In this document: positions 9,933 through 20,432 of the stretch, in pieces
How the letters are laid out: the number at the start of each line of letters is the position of its first letter
Position numbering within the stretch: the first letter of the stretch is position 1
Assembly (NCBI GenBank): GCA_963743305.1
Contig: CAVUPH010000017.1
Location: 75,073 to 139,072, forward strand
Source: an uncultured delta proteobacterium
GTDB lineage: Bacteria; Desulfobacterota; RBG-13-43-22
Direction of reading: 5' to 3'
DNA: 64,000 bases
Position numbers and translations under genes: made by a program
The notes under the pieces: model-generated
What the model was told of the DNA's origin: nothing
Seen by the model: the letters and a program-made list of their open reading frames with translations, nothing else
The model's database searches: none

Positions 9933-11059
9933 AGAAACAGATTCGGACGACCCCGGCGGCCAATGCTCCGGATCGTAAATCAAGGGGCAGAATACGCGAA
10001 GACGCCTCGTTCCCAGTGGCACCGCCTCACGAGAGCTTACCCGTCAGCTACGCCTCCGTTCTCGGTGAGATCAAACAACGTATCCAGGCAGAGCGGCTGC
10101 GGGTTATTATGGCCGCCAATTCGGCCATGATCATCCTGTATTGGGACATCGGTCGACTGATTTTAGATCGTCAAGAGCGTGAGAGCTGGGGCGCCAAGGT
10201 TATTGATCGGCTCTCCGCCGACCTGCGCGAAGCCTACCCGGATATGGGCGGATTATCTCCACGTAACCTCAAATATATGCGCGCTTTTGCGGCGGCCTGG
10301 CCGGACTCGTCAATTGTGCAACGGGTCGTTGCACAAATTCCCTGGAGGAGTAATATTGCCCTCCTGGACAAGTTGGATGATCCCGCCATTCGGCAATGGT
10401 ATGCCGAAAAAACAATCGAACATGTCTGGTCACAACCGGTCCTTTGCTTTCAGATAGAATCCCAACTCCATTCCCGCCAGGGCAGGGCCGTAACAAACTT
10501 CGCCGCAACCCTTCCACCCGCTGACTCGGATATGGCGGCACAAGTCTTTAAAGACCCCTACCTCTTTGACTTTCTGGGCACCGCCGATCCACGCCGCGAA
10601 CGGGAGATCGAGCAGGCCCTCATCGATCATATCCAGCGCTTTCTCCTCGAACTCGGCGCAGGCTTTGCCTTCGTCGGGAGGCAGATCCATCTTGAATTTG
10701 CGAGCAACGACTATTACCTCGATCTCCTCTTTTATCACCTGAAACTGAGATGTTACGTCGTGGTGGAACTGAAGGCCGTCCCTTTCGACCCGGGTTTTGT
10801 CGGCACCATGAACATGTATCTCTCCGCGGTGGACGACCTGTTACGACACACTGACGATAAACCCTCCATCGGACTAATTCTATGCCGTTCGAAAAATAAA
10901 CTGGTGGTGGAGTACGCTTTGCGCAATTTCAGGAAGCCAATCGGTGTTGCCGAATGGGAGACCAAAATCGTTAAGAAACTCCCAAAGGAATTCAAAGGGA
11001 GCCTTCCTACCGTAGAAGAGATTGAAGCGGAATTGACGTGGGATAGACGATTAAAATGA
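9929..11059 (+). CDS. YhcG/DUF1016 PD-(D/E)XK nuclease
   Basis: YWDIG, KDPYLFDFL, LLELGAGFAFVGRQ, DLLFYH and VVVELK. Confidence 0.92.
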   Translation: MKKQIRTTPAANAPDRKSRGRIREDASFPVAPPHESLPVSYASVLGEIKQRIQAERLRVIMAANSAMIILYWDIGRLILDRQERESWGAKVIDRLSADLREAYPDMGGLSPRNLKYMRAFAAAWPDSSIVQRVVAQIPWRSNIALLDKLDDPAIRQWYAEKTIEHVWSQPVLCFQIESQLHSRQGRAVTNFAATLPPADSDMAAQVFKDPYLFDFLGTADPRREREIEQALIDHIQRFLLELGAGFAFVGRQIHLEFASNDYYLDLLFYHLKLRCYVVVELKAVPFDPGFVGTMNMYLSAVDDLLRHTDDKPSIGLILCRSKNKLVVEYALRNFRKPIGVAEWETKIVKKLPKEFKGSLPTVEEIEAELTWDRRLK

Positions 11060-11115
11060 TCGATATAGCGGAACTGGTGGGGAAGGCCCAAGAGAACTTC
11101 GAGGAATTAGTATGA
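11056..11115 (+). CDS. 19-aa mini-ORF MIDIAELVGKAQENFEELV, a copy of the HsdM C-terminus
   Basis: ATGA overlaps with both the yhcG stop and the hsdS start; matches the HsdM end GELAAKIQENFEELGI. Confidence 0.55.
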   Translation: MIDIAELVGKAQENFEELV

Positions 11116-12251
11116 TTGGGAAAACTCTAACCATACTCTCAGACGTATGCGAGTCTATACGCTACGGCTACACGGCCTCAGCCAATCTTGATCCTTGCGG
11201 GCCGCGCTTCCTGCGCATCACTGACATTGTCCCCGATTCCCTGGACTGGGAAACGGTACCGTACTGCGAGATCGATGAAACCGACAGGGAGCGATTCGCT
11301 CTTGCGGTCGGTGACATTGTCGTTGCCAGAACGGGGGCGACTGTTGGATACGCGAAGCTCATTCGCGAACCGGTGGACGCTGTATTCGCTTCGTATTTGG
11401 TCCGCTTCCGGGTGGATACCACAAAGGCTGATCCAGCATATATTGGCAGGCTTGTCGAATCCCACGATTACAAGTCGTTCGTTAAATCCAGGATCGGCGG
11501 AGCCGCCCAACCCAACGCGAGCGCTCCGGTGCTCGGGAGCTTCGAGTTTCCCTTGCCGTCCCGGCACTCGCAGGAGCGCATCGCCGACATCCTCTCCGCC
11601 TACGACGACCTGATCGAGAACAACCGGCGTCGGATGGTGCTGTTGGAGGAGGCGGCGCGGCAGCTTTACCGGGAGTGGTTTGTCCGTCTCCGCTTTCCCG
11701 GGCATGAGCATACCCGGATTGTTGATGGCGTGCCCAAGAGATGGGAACGGATAGCATTTGAAAACGCCCTTGTCCTTCAACGTGGTTTCGATCTCCCCGT
11801 TCAGCTTAGGGAAGATGGTGATGTGCCAATTTATGGCTCGACTGGTATCCTCGGATTTCACAGTAAAGCGAAGGTTACTGGTCCAGGTGTAGTTACTGGA
11901 CGAAGCGGTACGCTTGGGGAAGTAAAGTACGTTCCGGTTGATTTCTGGCCATTGAACACATCTCTATGGGTTAAGGAGTTCAGAAGGGCCACGCCATTTT
12001 TTTCTCTATTTCTAATGCGAGAGATGGACCTAAAGAAGTATAATGGCGGAGTGTCAGTACCTACACTGGATCGGAAAACCGTCCATAAAACCCAAATTTT
12101 AATCCCTTCAAAAGACCTGCTTATGTTGTTTGACAATTTTATTAACCCGCTATTTCAGCAAGTTAACATTTTAAGCGGTCAAACCGAAAAACTAAGAACA
12201 GCCCGCGATATGCTCCTCCCTCGTTTGATGAACGGGGAGATTGTACTATAA
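11112..12251 (+). CDS. hsdS: Type I R-M specificity subunit
   Basis: Two TRDs with conserved helices QERIADILSAYDDLIENN and LRTARDMLLPRLMNGEI. Confidence 0.93.
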   Translation: MIGKTLTILSDVCESIRYGYTASANLDPCGPRFLRITDIVPDSLDWETVPYCEIDETDRERFALAVGDIVVARTGATVGYAKLIREPVDAVFASYLVRFRVDTTKADPAYIGRLVESHDYKSFVKSRIGGAAQPNASAPVLGSFEFPLPSRHSQERIADILSAYDDLIENNRRRMVLLEEAARQLYREWFVRLRFPGHEHTRIVDGVPKRWERIAFENALVLQRGFDLPVQLREDGDVPIYGSTGILGFHSKAKVTGPGVVTGRSGTLGEVKYVPVDFWPLNTSLWVKEFRRATPFFSLFLMREMDLKKYNGGVSVPTLDRKTVHKTQILIPSKDLLMLFDNFINPLFQQVNILSGQTEKLRTARDMLLPRLMNGEIVL

Positions 12252-12272
12252 CGCTGTTACTGCTTAAGAAGG

Positions 12273-13373
12273 ATGGCGTCTATGAATAACCTATACAAGC
12301 TAAAAATCGAGGGGTTCAAGTCTATAAAGAGTCAGGAGCTTGAGTTCGCACCCCTTAATGTTTTTATTGGGGGGAATGGGGCTGGCAAATCCAATCTAGT
12401 CAGCGTATTCCATTTCCTTCGGCGGATAGTCGACCAAGAGCTTCAAACATATACCGGTGAAGCAGGGGGGGCTAACGCCATACTCTACTTCGGCCGCAAG
12501 AAGACAGATAAACTCTCCATGAGAATTGAATTTCGCCCAGGCAGCGATGCGAACATATATGAGTTTGTTTTAATTCCGACGGATGATGATCGGTTTATCT
12601 TTGAGCGCGAAAATGCCTATTACTGGGCGACGGATCGGTTCGATGCCACTTACTTAGCCGATTCCTGGAAAGCTCACCGAGAGGCTCGAATTATAGAGGA
12701 GAAAAATCCGTCGCCGCCTACGTACGCGACCATCTGGAAAGCTACCGCATTTACCACTTTCATGATACCAGTCCTTCCGCTGCGGTAAAACAAACCGGTG
12801 ATGTGGCCGACAACCGGTTTTTACGACCCGATGCAGGCAATCTCGCCGCCTTCCTTTATAGGCTTCAGCAAAAACAACCTGATCATTTTGAAAATATCGA
12901 AGATACGGTAAGACAAGTGGCGCCATTTTGGGGACATTTCAAGCTGGAGACATCCCTCCTAAACCCCGATAGAAATTCGTCTGAATGGGAAGAAAAGGGG
13001 AGCGATGACCTATTTCAATGCCTCGGCACTTTCGGATGGAACCTTACGTTTTATCTGCCTATCGACTCTCCTTCTTCAGCCGACCTTGCCTTCGCTCATT
13101 CTCATCGACGAGCCGGAACTGGGGCTTCACCCGGCCGCCATCCAGGTCCTCGCCGGACTCCTCCAATCTGCGGCCACACGAACCCAATTGATTGTGGCCA
13201 CCCAGTCGGTGACCCTTATCAACCAATTACAACCGGAACACGTCTGGGTGGTGGGCCGGGAAGACGGCCAAAGTATTTTCCGCAACTTGAAGTCGGCAGA
13301 TATGTCTGAGTGGCTCGAAGATTATGGTTTGGGAGAATTGTGGGAGAAGAATATCTTTGGAGGCCGTCCTTGA
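12273..13373 (+). CDS. ABC/AAA_21-type ATPase (split by frameshifts)
   Basis: Walker A GGNGAGKSN, signature LSDGTLRF and Walker B LIDEPELGLHP across three frames. Confidence 0.85.
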
Positions 13374-14029
13374 TGAAACGCGTTCTTGTGCTTGTGGAAG
13401 GACAAACCGAGGAACGTTTTATAAAAGACGTGGTAGGGCCTCACCTTGAAGCAAAGGACATATACGCCATCCCAAAAGTCGTGACGACCAAACGAGTTAA
13501 GCAAGGGCCTGATTTCAAGGGCGGCATTACCGATTATCAGAAGGTCGAAAACGATTTGAAACGGCTTCTTGGGGATTCAGATGCGGCTCTTATCACCACC
13601 TTTATAGACTATTATGGTCTTCCCCTGGAATTCCCAGGTATGGCTACCCGTCCGATAGCCTCCCCGCTAGAGAGGGCAAAACATGTGGAGATTGAATGGA
13701 AACGTCGGATAGACCACCCTCGTTTTCTATCCTATTTAATGACCCACGAATTTGAAGCTCTTTTATTCTCCAAACCAGAAGAACTGAGTAGAGCGCTTTA
13801 TCAATCGGATTTGGGGCCAAAACTCAAAACCATCAGAGATTCATTTCCAACTCCTGAAGAAATTGACGATGATCCATTGACTGCTCCCTCGAAAAGAATA
13901 TTGCGCCTCCTCCCGGCATACCAGAAGACCGTTCATGGTCCGCTGGTAACCAGACGCATAGGTTTGGAAACCTTGCGTCGCGAATGTAGGCATTTCAATG
14001 ACTGGCTTTTAAAGCTTGAAAGTATTTAG
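13373..14029 (+). CDS. DUF4276 family (Toprim-like) protein
   Basis: LVEGQTEERF, IDYYGL, HEFEALLF and TAPSKR; coupled to the ATPase. Confidence 0.8.
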   Translation: MKRVLVLVEGQTEERFIKDVVGPHLEAKDIYAIPKVVTTKRVKQGPDFKGGITDYQKVENDLKRLLGDSDAALITTFIDYYGLPLEFPGMATRPIASPLERAKHVEIEWKRRIDHPRFLSYLMTHEFEALLFSKPEELSRALYQSDLGPKLKTIRDSFPTPEEIDDDPLTAPSKRILRLLPAYQKTVHGPLVTRRIGLETLRRECRHFNDWLLKLESI

Positions 14030-14044
14030 GATCAATAGGCTTAG

Positions 14045-17000
14045 ATGATCACCGACATCAACAGCGAAGACCGCCTGGTCCAGCAGACGTTTGCCGAGCA
14101 TCTGCACGATAAACTCGGCTGGGACAGCGTCTATGCCTGGAACCAGGAAACCTTCGGACCGAACGGCACCTTGGGGCGGACCAGTGAGCGCGAAGCGATC
14201 CTGATGCGTGATCTGCGAAGGGCGGTGGCCGACCTCAATCAGGAATTGCCGGAAACGGCCCGGGATCAGGCGATAGAAAAACTTACCCGGGTGGACTATT
14301 CCCGATCACTGTTGCAGCATAACCGGGAATTCTATGGTTTCCTCCGAAATGGCGTTCCGGTGGATTGGCGCGATACCCAAGGGGAGACGAAGCACGCCCG
14401 GGTGCAGGTCATCGATTTCCGGAATGCGGCCAATAATCGGTTTCTCGCGGTTCGGGAACTGAAATTCCAGGGAATGCGGGTCCCCCACTATAATGTCCGG
14501 GCGGACCTGGTCTGCTTTGTCAATGGCTTGCCGCTGGTTTTCATTGAACTGAAGGCAGTTTACAGGAACATCCGGCAGGGGTTCGATAATAATCTTACCT
14601 GGTACCTCGACCCGAACGTCGTTCCCCAGGCCTTTCATCACAACGTCTTTCTTATCGTCAGCAACGGCGACCGGGCCCGTTACGGATCTATCACCAGCCG
14701 CTGGGAGCACTTTGTCGAGTGGAAGCGCAATTCAGAAAAGGAAAAAGGCCGCCTGGAGGCCGAGGCCCTGCTGGAAGGGATGCTCGCCAAGGAAAATTTG
14801 CTCGATATCATTGAGAATTTTATTCTGTTTGACGACAGCCGGCCCGGCGGAACCCGTAAGATTATCGCCAGGAACCATCAGGTGCTGGGGGTGAATAACG
14901 CCGTCGCCTCGGTTCAGCGGCAGGAAGAACTTAAGGTGGAGTTTCCAATGGACCGAAGGCTTCTTTCTTATACTTATACCGTTCCTGTATCCGAGATAAA
15001 AATCGCCGCGCGAAGAAGGTAAAGGAGATGGGGCTCCGTATTGATCCTCAAAGACAGAAACCTGGAGGAACTACCCCTGGTGAAGCGGGCGCATCCGGAC
15101 CTTGGCCGGTTGGGGGTTTTCTGGCATACCCAGGGCAGCGGCAAATCCTATTCCATGGTATTCTTTACCGAGAAAGTCCGGCGGGTGGTACCGGGGAACT
15201 TCACCTTTGTCATCATGACCGACCGGGATGATCTGGATGATCAGATCTGGAGGACCTTTATCGGTTGCGGGGCGGCGGATGAGAAGAATCCGCGAGCCAA
15301 GTCCGGTGACGACCTCAAAACACTCCTTTCTGAAAACCACCGGTTTATTTTCAGCCTGATCCACAAGTTCAACCAGGAGGTGACCGAACCCTATAGCGAC
15401 CGGGACGACATCATCGTCATCTCGGACGAAGCCCACCGGACCCAGGCCGGGAAGTTTGCCCGCCATATGCGACTGGCGTTGCCGAACGCCTCTTTCATCG
15501 GCTTTACCGGCACCCCGCTGTTCAAACACGACCATCTGACCAAGCGAATATTCGGAGGGTATGTCTCGCGCTACGACTTCAAACGTTCTGAGGAGGACCA
15601 TTCCACGGTCAGGCTGGTCTACGAAAATCGGGGAGAGAAGCTGGGTATTGCCCGGCTCGACCTGAACGATCGAATCGCTTCGAAGATTGAGGAGGCGGAA
15701 CTGGATCCGGATCAGGCCGCGTTGTTGGATAAATTGCTGGGCCAGGATTATGAGGTCATAACGGCCGATGATCGACTGGACAAGCTGGCTGAGGATTTTG
15801 TCGAGCATTGCTCCACCCGGTGGGAATCCGGCAAATCGATGCTGGTTTGTATTGACAAGATCACCTGCGGCCGGATGTATCAAAGGATCAAGCCCCGCTG
15901 GGAGGCCAAACTGGCGGTTCTTAAAACCGTTATCCGGGAAAAGGAAGCGGAATTAGCCAATAGTTCGGACCCGGACGAAATACAGCGGATAGACCGGGAT
16001 CTTGAAAAACTGCGGGGACAAGTGGGTTGGATGGGGACCACCATCATCGAGTTCATCATCAGCGAAGCGCAACACGAAGTACGCGATTTTAAAAAGTGGG
16101 GGATCGATATCATTCCTCATCGGGAGGTTATAAAGACAGGTTTCCAAACGCCGGACGGTAAGCGGGTGGCCGTGGATGATGCCTTTAAAGACCCGGAGCA
16201 TCCTTTTCGAATCGCCATTGTCTGTGCCATGTGGCTGACCGGCTTTGACGTGGAATGTCTGTCCACCCTTTATATCGACAAACCCATGAAGGCCCACACC
16301 CTGATGCAGGCCATCGCCCGGGCCAACCGGGTGTATCCGGGGAAGGACTGCGGCGTGATCGTCGATTACAGCGGGATGCTCAAAAGTCTGCGGGAGGCCT
16401 TGGCCCAGTATGCCTTGGGAGACGATGAGCAGGAAGAAACAGGAGGTGAACTGGTTGCCCCGATTGAAGAACTGGTAGTGGCCCTGGTTCAGACGCTGGA
16501 GTCGGCGGAAAATCATCTCCGGTCACTAGGGTTTGAACCGAGCAAGGCTGAAAGGGGCCAAGGGATTTGACCGGATTCAGGCTCTACGCGACGCCGTCGA
16601 GGCCCTTTATTCATCGGACGAAGCCAAGCGCCGGTTTGAAATTATGGCCCGACAGGTCTTTATTCGATTTAAGGCGCTGCTGATGGAACCCAGTGCCTTT
16701 GCTTATATCGAACGACACGACAATATTGAAACGATTTACAAGAAACTGGAAGAGAAAAGAGATACGGCCGATGTGACCGAGGTTTTAAAAGAACTGCATC
16801 GGATCGTCAACGAAGCCATCCGGGCCCAGGAACCGGGGGATGATCATGCCGAAGGGCTTACCGTGGACCTGAGCCGGATCGATTTCGTCAAGTTGCGTGA
16901 CGAGTTCGCCAAAAAAATAAAACGAAAGCATACCGCCTTGCAGGACATCCGGGAGATCGTGGAAAAGAAGCTCCAGCAGATGTTGGCCCGAAATCCGCAG

Positions 17001-17466
17001 CGAATGGACTATTACAAAAAATATCAGGAGATTATCGCTGACTACAACCGAGAAAAGGACCGGGTGACCGTAGAGGAGACCTTTGCCAGGCTTTTTGATC
17101 TGGCCAACAATCTGGACGCCGAACAAAAGCGGGCGGTGCAGGAAGGATTGAGTGAGGATGAGTTGGCGCTTGTTCGATCTGCTTTTTAGAGATAATATCA
17201 GCAAAGCCAGACCGGGAAAAGCTCAAACAGGCCAGCCGGACTCTCCTGGCTTCGCTCCAGGAATTGATCAAGCCTATGCCGACCTGGACGCAAAACTCCC
17301 AGACCCAAGCGGAGGTCAAGGTCTGGTCCTCGATACCCTTTGGGAAAAACTGCCGCGGCCGCCCTTTACCGAAGAAGATGCGGAAACACTTGCAGAGCGG
17401 GTTTATGACTTTGTCTGGCAGCAGAGTGCCGGGGGTCGGTTCTTGGAAAATATGAGGGCGGCCTGA
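14045..17466 (+). CDS. hsdR: Type I restriction endonuclease R subunit (several indels)
   Basis: DLVCFVNGLPLVFIELK, WHTQGSGKS, DEAHR, GFTGTP, MWLTGFD and QAIARANR. Confidence 0.92.
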
Positions 17467-17550
17467 TCTAAACCCTGTTAGCCTTATTGGCCAATGGGTT
17501 TGAAACCGAAAATCATAGAAATGGGGTAGGTAAATGGCAACCGAGGCTAA

Positions 17551-17698
17551 GGATCTGTAAACAAATAACCTTGACAAAGCGGCCCGACAACCGTTCACCC
17601 TGAGCTTGTCGAAGGGTGAAGGATACGGCCATGCTTCGACAGGCTCAGCATGAACGGAGATATCAGCGGTATTGTACAGCTTATTTTTTGACGGGTTC
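17551..17698. mobile_element. Non-autonomous miniature element with imperfect 18 bp TIRs, TAA target duplication and an internal REP-like hairpin
   Basis: GGATCTGTAAACAAATAA versus TTATTTTTTGACGGGTTC; TAA at 17548-50 and 17699-701; internal CCGTTCACCCTGAGCTTGTCGAAG...CTTCGACAGGCTCAGCATGAACGG. Confidence 0.65.
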
Positions 17699-17759
17699 TA
17701 AGTTAAAAGAGTTGGAAAAAATTGCCGAAGAAATGAACGCTATTGACCGGACCAAGCTT

Positions 17760-17881
17760 CTGGGCAACCCGGTGGTCTTTATCGGCCCTAATAATTCAGG
17801 GAAGACCTCGGCCTTGCAGGCCCTGGCGCTCTGGGAGATCGGCCTTAAGAAATGGAATGAAAAACGTGAAGGCAAGTCGGC
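17760..17881 (+). pseudogene. Duplicated N-terminal fragment of the downstream ATPase gene
   Basis: Close match to 18561-18681 (LGNPVVFIGPNNSGKTSALQALALWEIGLKKWNEKR). Confidence 0.85.
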
Positions 17882-17913
17882 GAAGCGTGCTCCAAAAGAG
17901 GGAGGGTATTTAA

Positions 17914-18228
17914 TTGGTCAATGAAGAACTGCTAAAGATTGTCGTAAAGCGATTGGCTGATAATTTCCACCCCCAAAAAATAATCCTTTTTGGTTCCCAA
18001 GCCAAAGGAACGGCGGATGACCGCAGCGATGTTGACCTTCTGGTCATCTGTCCGATCAAAGGGTCCCGAAGGGGGAAAATGGTGGCTATGGATCGTTCCC
18101 TGCGGGGGTTGGGGTTGGCCAGGGATATCGTTCTTCTTACGCCGGAAGAGTATGAGCGGGACCGCTTTATACCGGGGACCATCGCCCGACCGGCCTCGCA
18201 AGAGGGGAGGGTTCTATATGAATCCTAG
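17914..18228 (+). CDS. Minimal nucleotidyltransferase (MNT antitoxin)
   Basis: IILFGSQAKG..SDVDLLVI motif. Confidence 0.88.
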   Translation: MVNEELLKIVVKRLADNFHPQKIILFGSQAKGTADDRSDVDLLVICPIKGSRRGKMVAMDRSLRGLGLARDIVLLTPEEYERDRFIPGTIARPASQEGRVLYES

Positions 18229-18468
18229 TGATGTTGAAATCCGCATACATATAATATTTCCAGGCTCTTGGAACTCTGCGCCGAAAAAGCAGATTGGCCG
18301 GGAACGGTTTTGGAAGCGGAGGAATTGACCCCTTACGCCATAACCACCCGCTATCCTGGAGAGGATGAAAGGGTTACGAAACAGGAGGCCTTGAGGGCGA
18401 TTTATATTTCCGAAAAGGTTCGAAAAATAATTAGAAAAGTTTTAAGAAAGGATGGATTAAATTATTAA
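18218..18468 (+). pseudogene. HEPN-domain toxin remnant (internal deletion)
   Basis: ATG 18218 overlaps the MNT end, then jumps frame to PHTHNISRLLELC...LTPYAITTRYPG; N-terminal HEPN helices are missing. Confidence 0.7.
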
Positions 18469-18503
18469 AATGCGTTCTTCCATATTTATTTAGAGGGTTT
18501 TTT

Positions 18504-20245
18504 ATGCTTACCAAATTAACCATCCATAATTTTAAGCGGTTTGGCGCGGTGGAGATCGAGCTGGGAAATCCGGTGGTCTTTATCGGCCCCAACAATTCGG
18601 GAAGACCTCGGCCTTGCAGGCCCTGGCTCTTTGGGAGATCGGTCTTAAAAAATGGAATGAAAAACGCAAAGGCAAATCGGCTCCGGAAAAGCGGCCGGGG
18701 GTGACCATCAACCGGAAAGACCTGGTCTCCATCCCCGTTCCGGATGCCAACTTGTTGTGGCGGGATCTGCACGTTCGGGATGTTCAGAAAAGTGAAGGGA
18801 AGCCGCAGACAAAAAATATCCGGATCGAGATTGTCGTGGAGGGTATCACTAACGATAAATCCTGGGTCTGTGGGTTGGAATTTGACTATGCCAACGAGGA
18901 GTCTTTTTACTGCCGCCCGCTCCGGTCAGGCGAATCGGAGGGCGAGCCGGGCCGCATGGTTATTCCGGACGAAGCCGAGTTGGTGCAAACGGCCTTTCTG
19001 CCCCCCATGTCCGGTTTGGCGGCCAATGAAACCCGTCTGGATGACGGGGCCATTAATGTCCGGGTCGGGGAAGGAAGGACAGCCGAGGTTCTGCGGAACC
19101 TTTGCCAAAAAGTTTTTGAGCGTCAGAACGGTTGCTGGGACAGGATGGTCGGGCAAATCCAGTCACTTTTCGGAGCGGACTTGGATGTCCCCCAATATAT
19201 TCCCGAACGCGGGGAAATCAAACTAAGCTACAAAGAAAATGGAAGATCCTACGACTTGTCCTCTTCCGGCAGAGGGTTGCAGCAGACCCTTCTGCTTCTG
19301 TCTTATATGTATGCCAACCGGGGGGCCGTTTTATTACTGGATGAACCCGACGCCCATCTGGAAATCCTCCGCCAGCGGCAGATTTACCAACTGCTGATCG
19401 ATGTGGCCCGGGAAAACGACAACCAGATAATCGCCGCCAGCCATTCCGAGGTGCTGCTTAATGAGGCCGCTGAGAGAGACGTGGTGGTGGCCTTTGTGGG
19501 AACCCCTCACCGGATGGATGACCGGGGCAGTCAGGTTCTGAAGGCCCTGAGGGAAATTGGGTTCGAGCATTATTATCAGGCGGAACAAACCGGATGGGTC
19601 CTTTATCTGGAAGGCTCTACGGACCTGGCCATTCTCAGGGCTTTGGCGGAAAAAATCGGCCATGAGGACGCGATTCGAGTGCTGAACAAACCATTTGTCC
19701 ACTATATCCGAAATCAGCCGCAGGAAGTCTTAAGGCATTTTCACGGCTTAAGGGAAGCCACCCCAAAGTTAATGGGTGTGGCCATTTTTGACCGGCTGGA
19801 GCAGGAAATTCCCGCTATTAATGGAGTAGAGTGCCTGGAGTGGCGGCGAAGAGAGATCGAAAATTACTTGTGCTACATAGAAACACTTTTTGAATATGCC
19901 AAGGCCACGAGCCAAGTCGATTCCATCGGCCCCCTTTTTGCCGCCGGGGAAGCCTCCCGCCGAATGAAGGCGATGGAAGAGGCCATAGAGGAAGTCACCC
20001 GGGCCATGGAGACCTTTGGCAAAGGTTCCCCTTGGGACGTTAATACCAAGGTCAGCGACGATTTTCTGGATCCCCTGTTCAGGTCCTATTTTAGGAGACT
20101 GGGGCTCTATAATGTAATGGCCAAGAAAAATTTCCATGAACTGGCTTACTTTGTCCCGGAAGATAAGATTGACCCGGAAGTGAAAGAGAAACTGGATGCC
20201 TTAGTCAAAGTGGCCAATTCAGCCAAGCCGTTTGAAAACCAATAG
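18504..20245 (+). CDS. ABC-ATPase-Toprim fusion (OLD/PARIS-like); 1-bp deletion at ~18600
   Basis: GPNNSGKT, SSSGRG and LLDEPDAHL, then YLEGSTD, IFDR and REIENYL. Confidence 0.8.
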
Positions 20246-20258
20246 AAAATATCTATTG

Positions 20259-20412
20259 ATAACCTCGCAAAAAATCAAAAAACGACTTTCTGCTCGGCGG
20301 GGGATGGCTTCCCCTCCCCCGCCATTTGAAATGAATTCAAATGGTGCCACCCCTACCCCAGCCCGGCGCTTAATCTCGCCCGGGCTGTTGACGGACTTTT
20401 TGCGAGTCCGTC
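20259..20412. mobile_element. 154 bp MITE-like element, copy 1
   Basis: TIR CTCGCAAAAA.TC / GACTTTTTGCGAG and three internal hairpins; second copy at 54001-54154. Confidence 0.75.
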
Positions 20413-20432
20413 TCTATTGACTGTTTGTGTGG

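Noticed and set aside
15020-15041. In-frame TAA in hsdR as programmed readthrough
   Set aside because: TAA is not recoded; two compensating indels in a variable linker are more likely.
17616-17924. 102-aa ORF as a real gene
   Set aside because: It is a chimera of MITE/REP sequence and the duplicated ATPase fragment.
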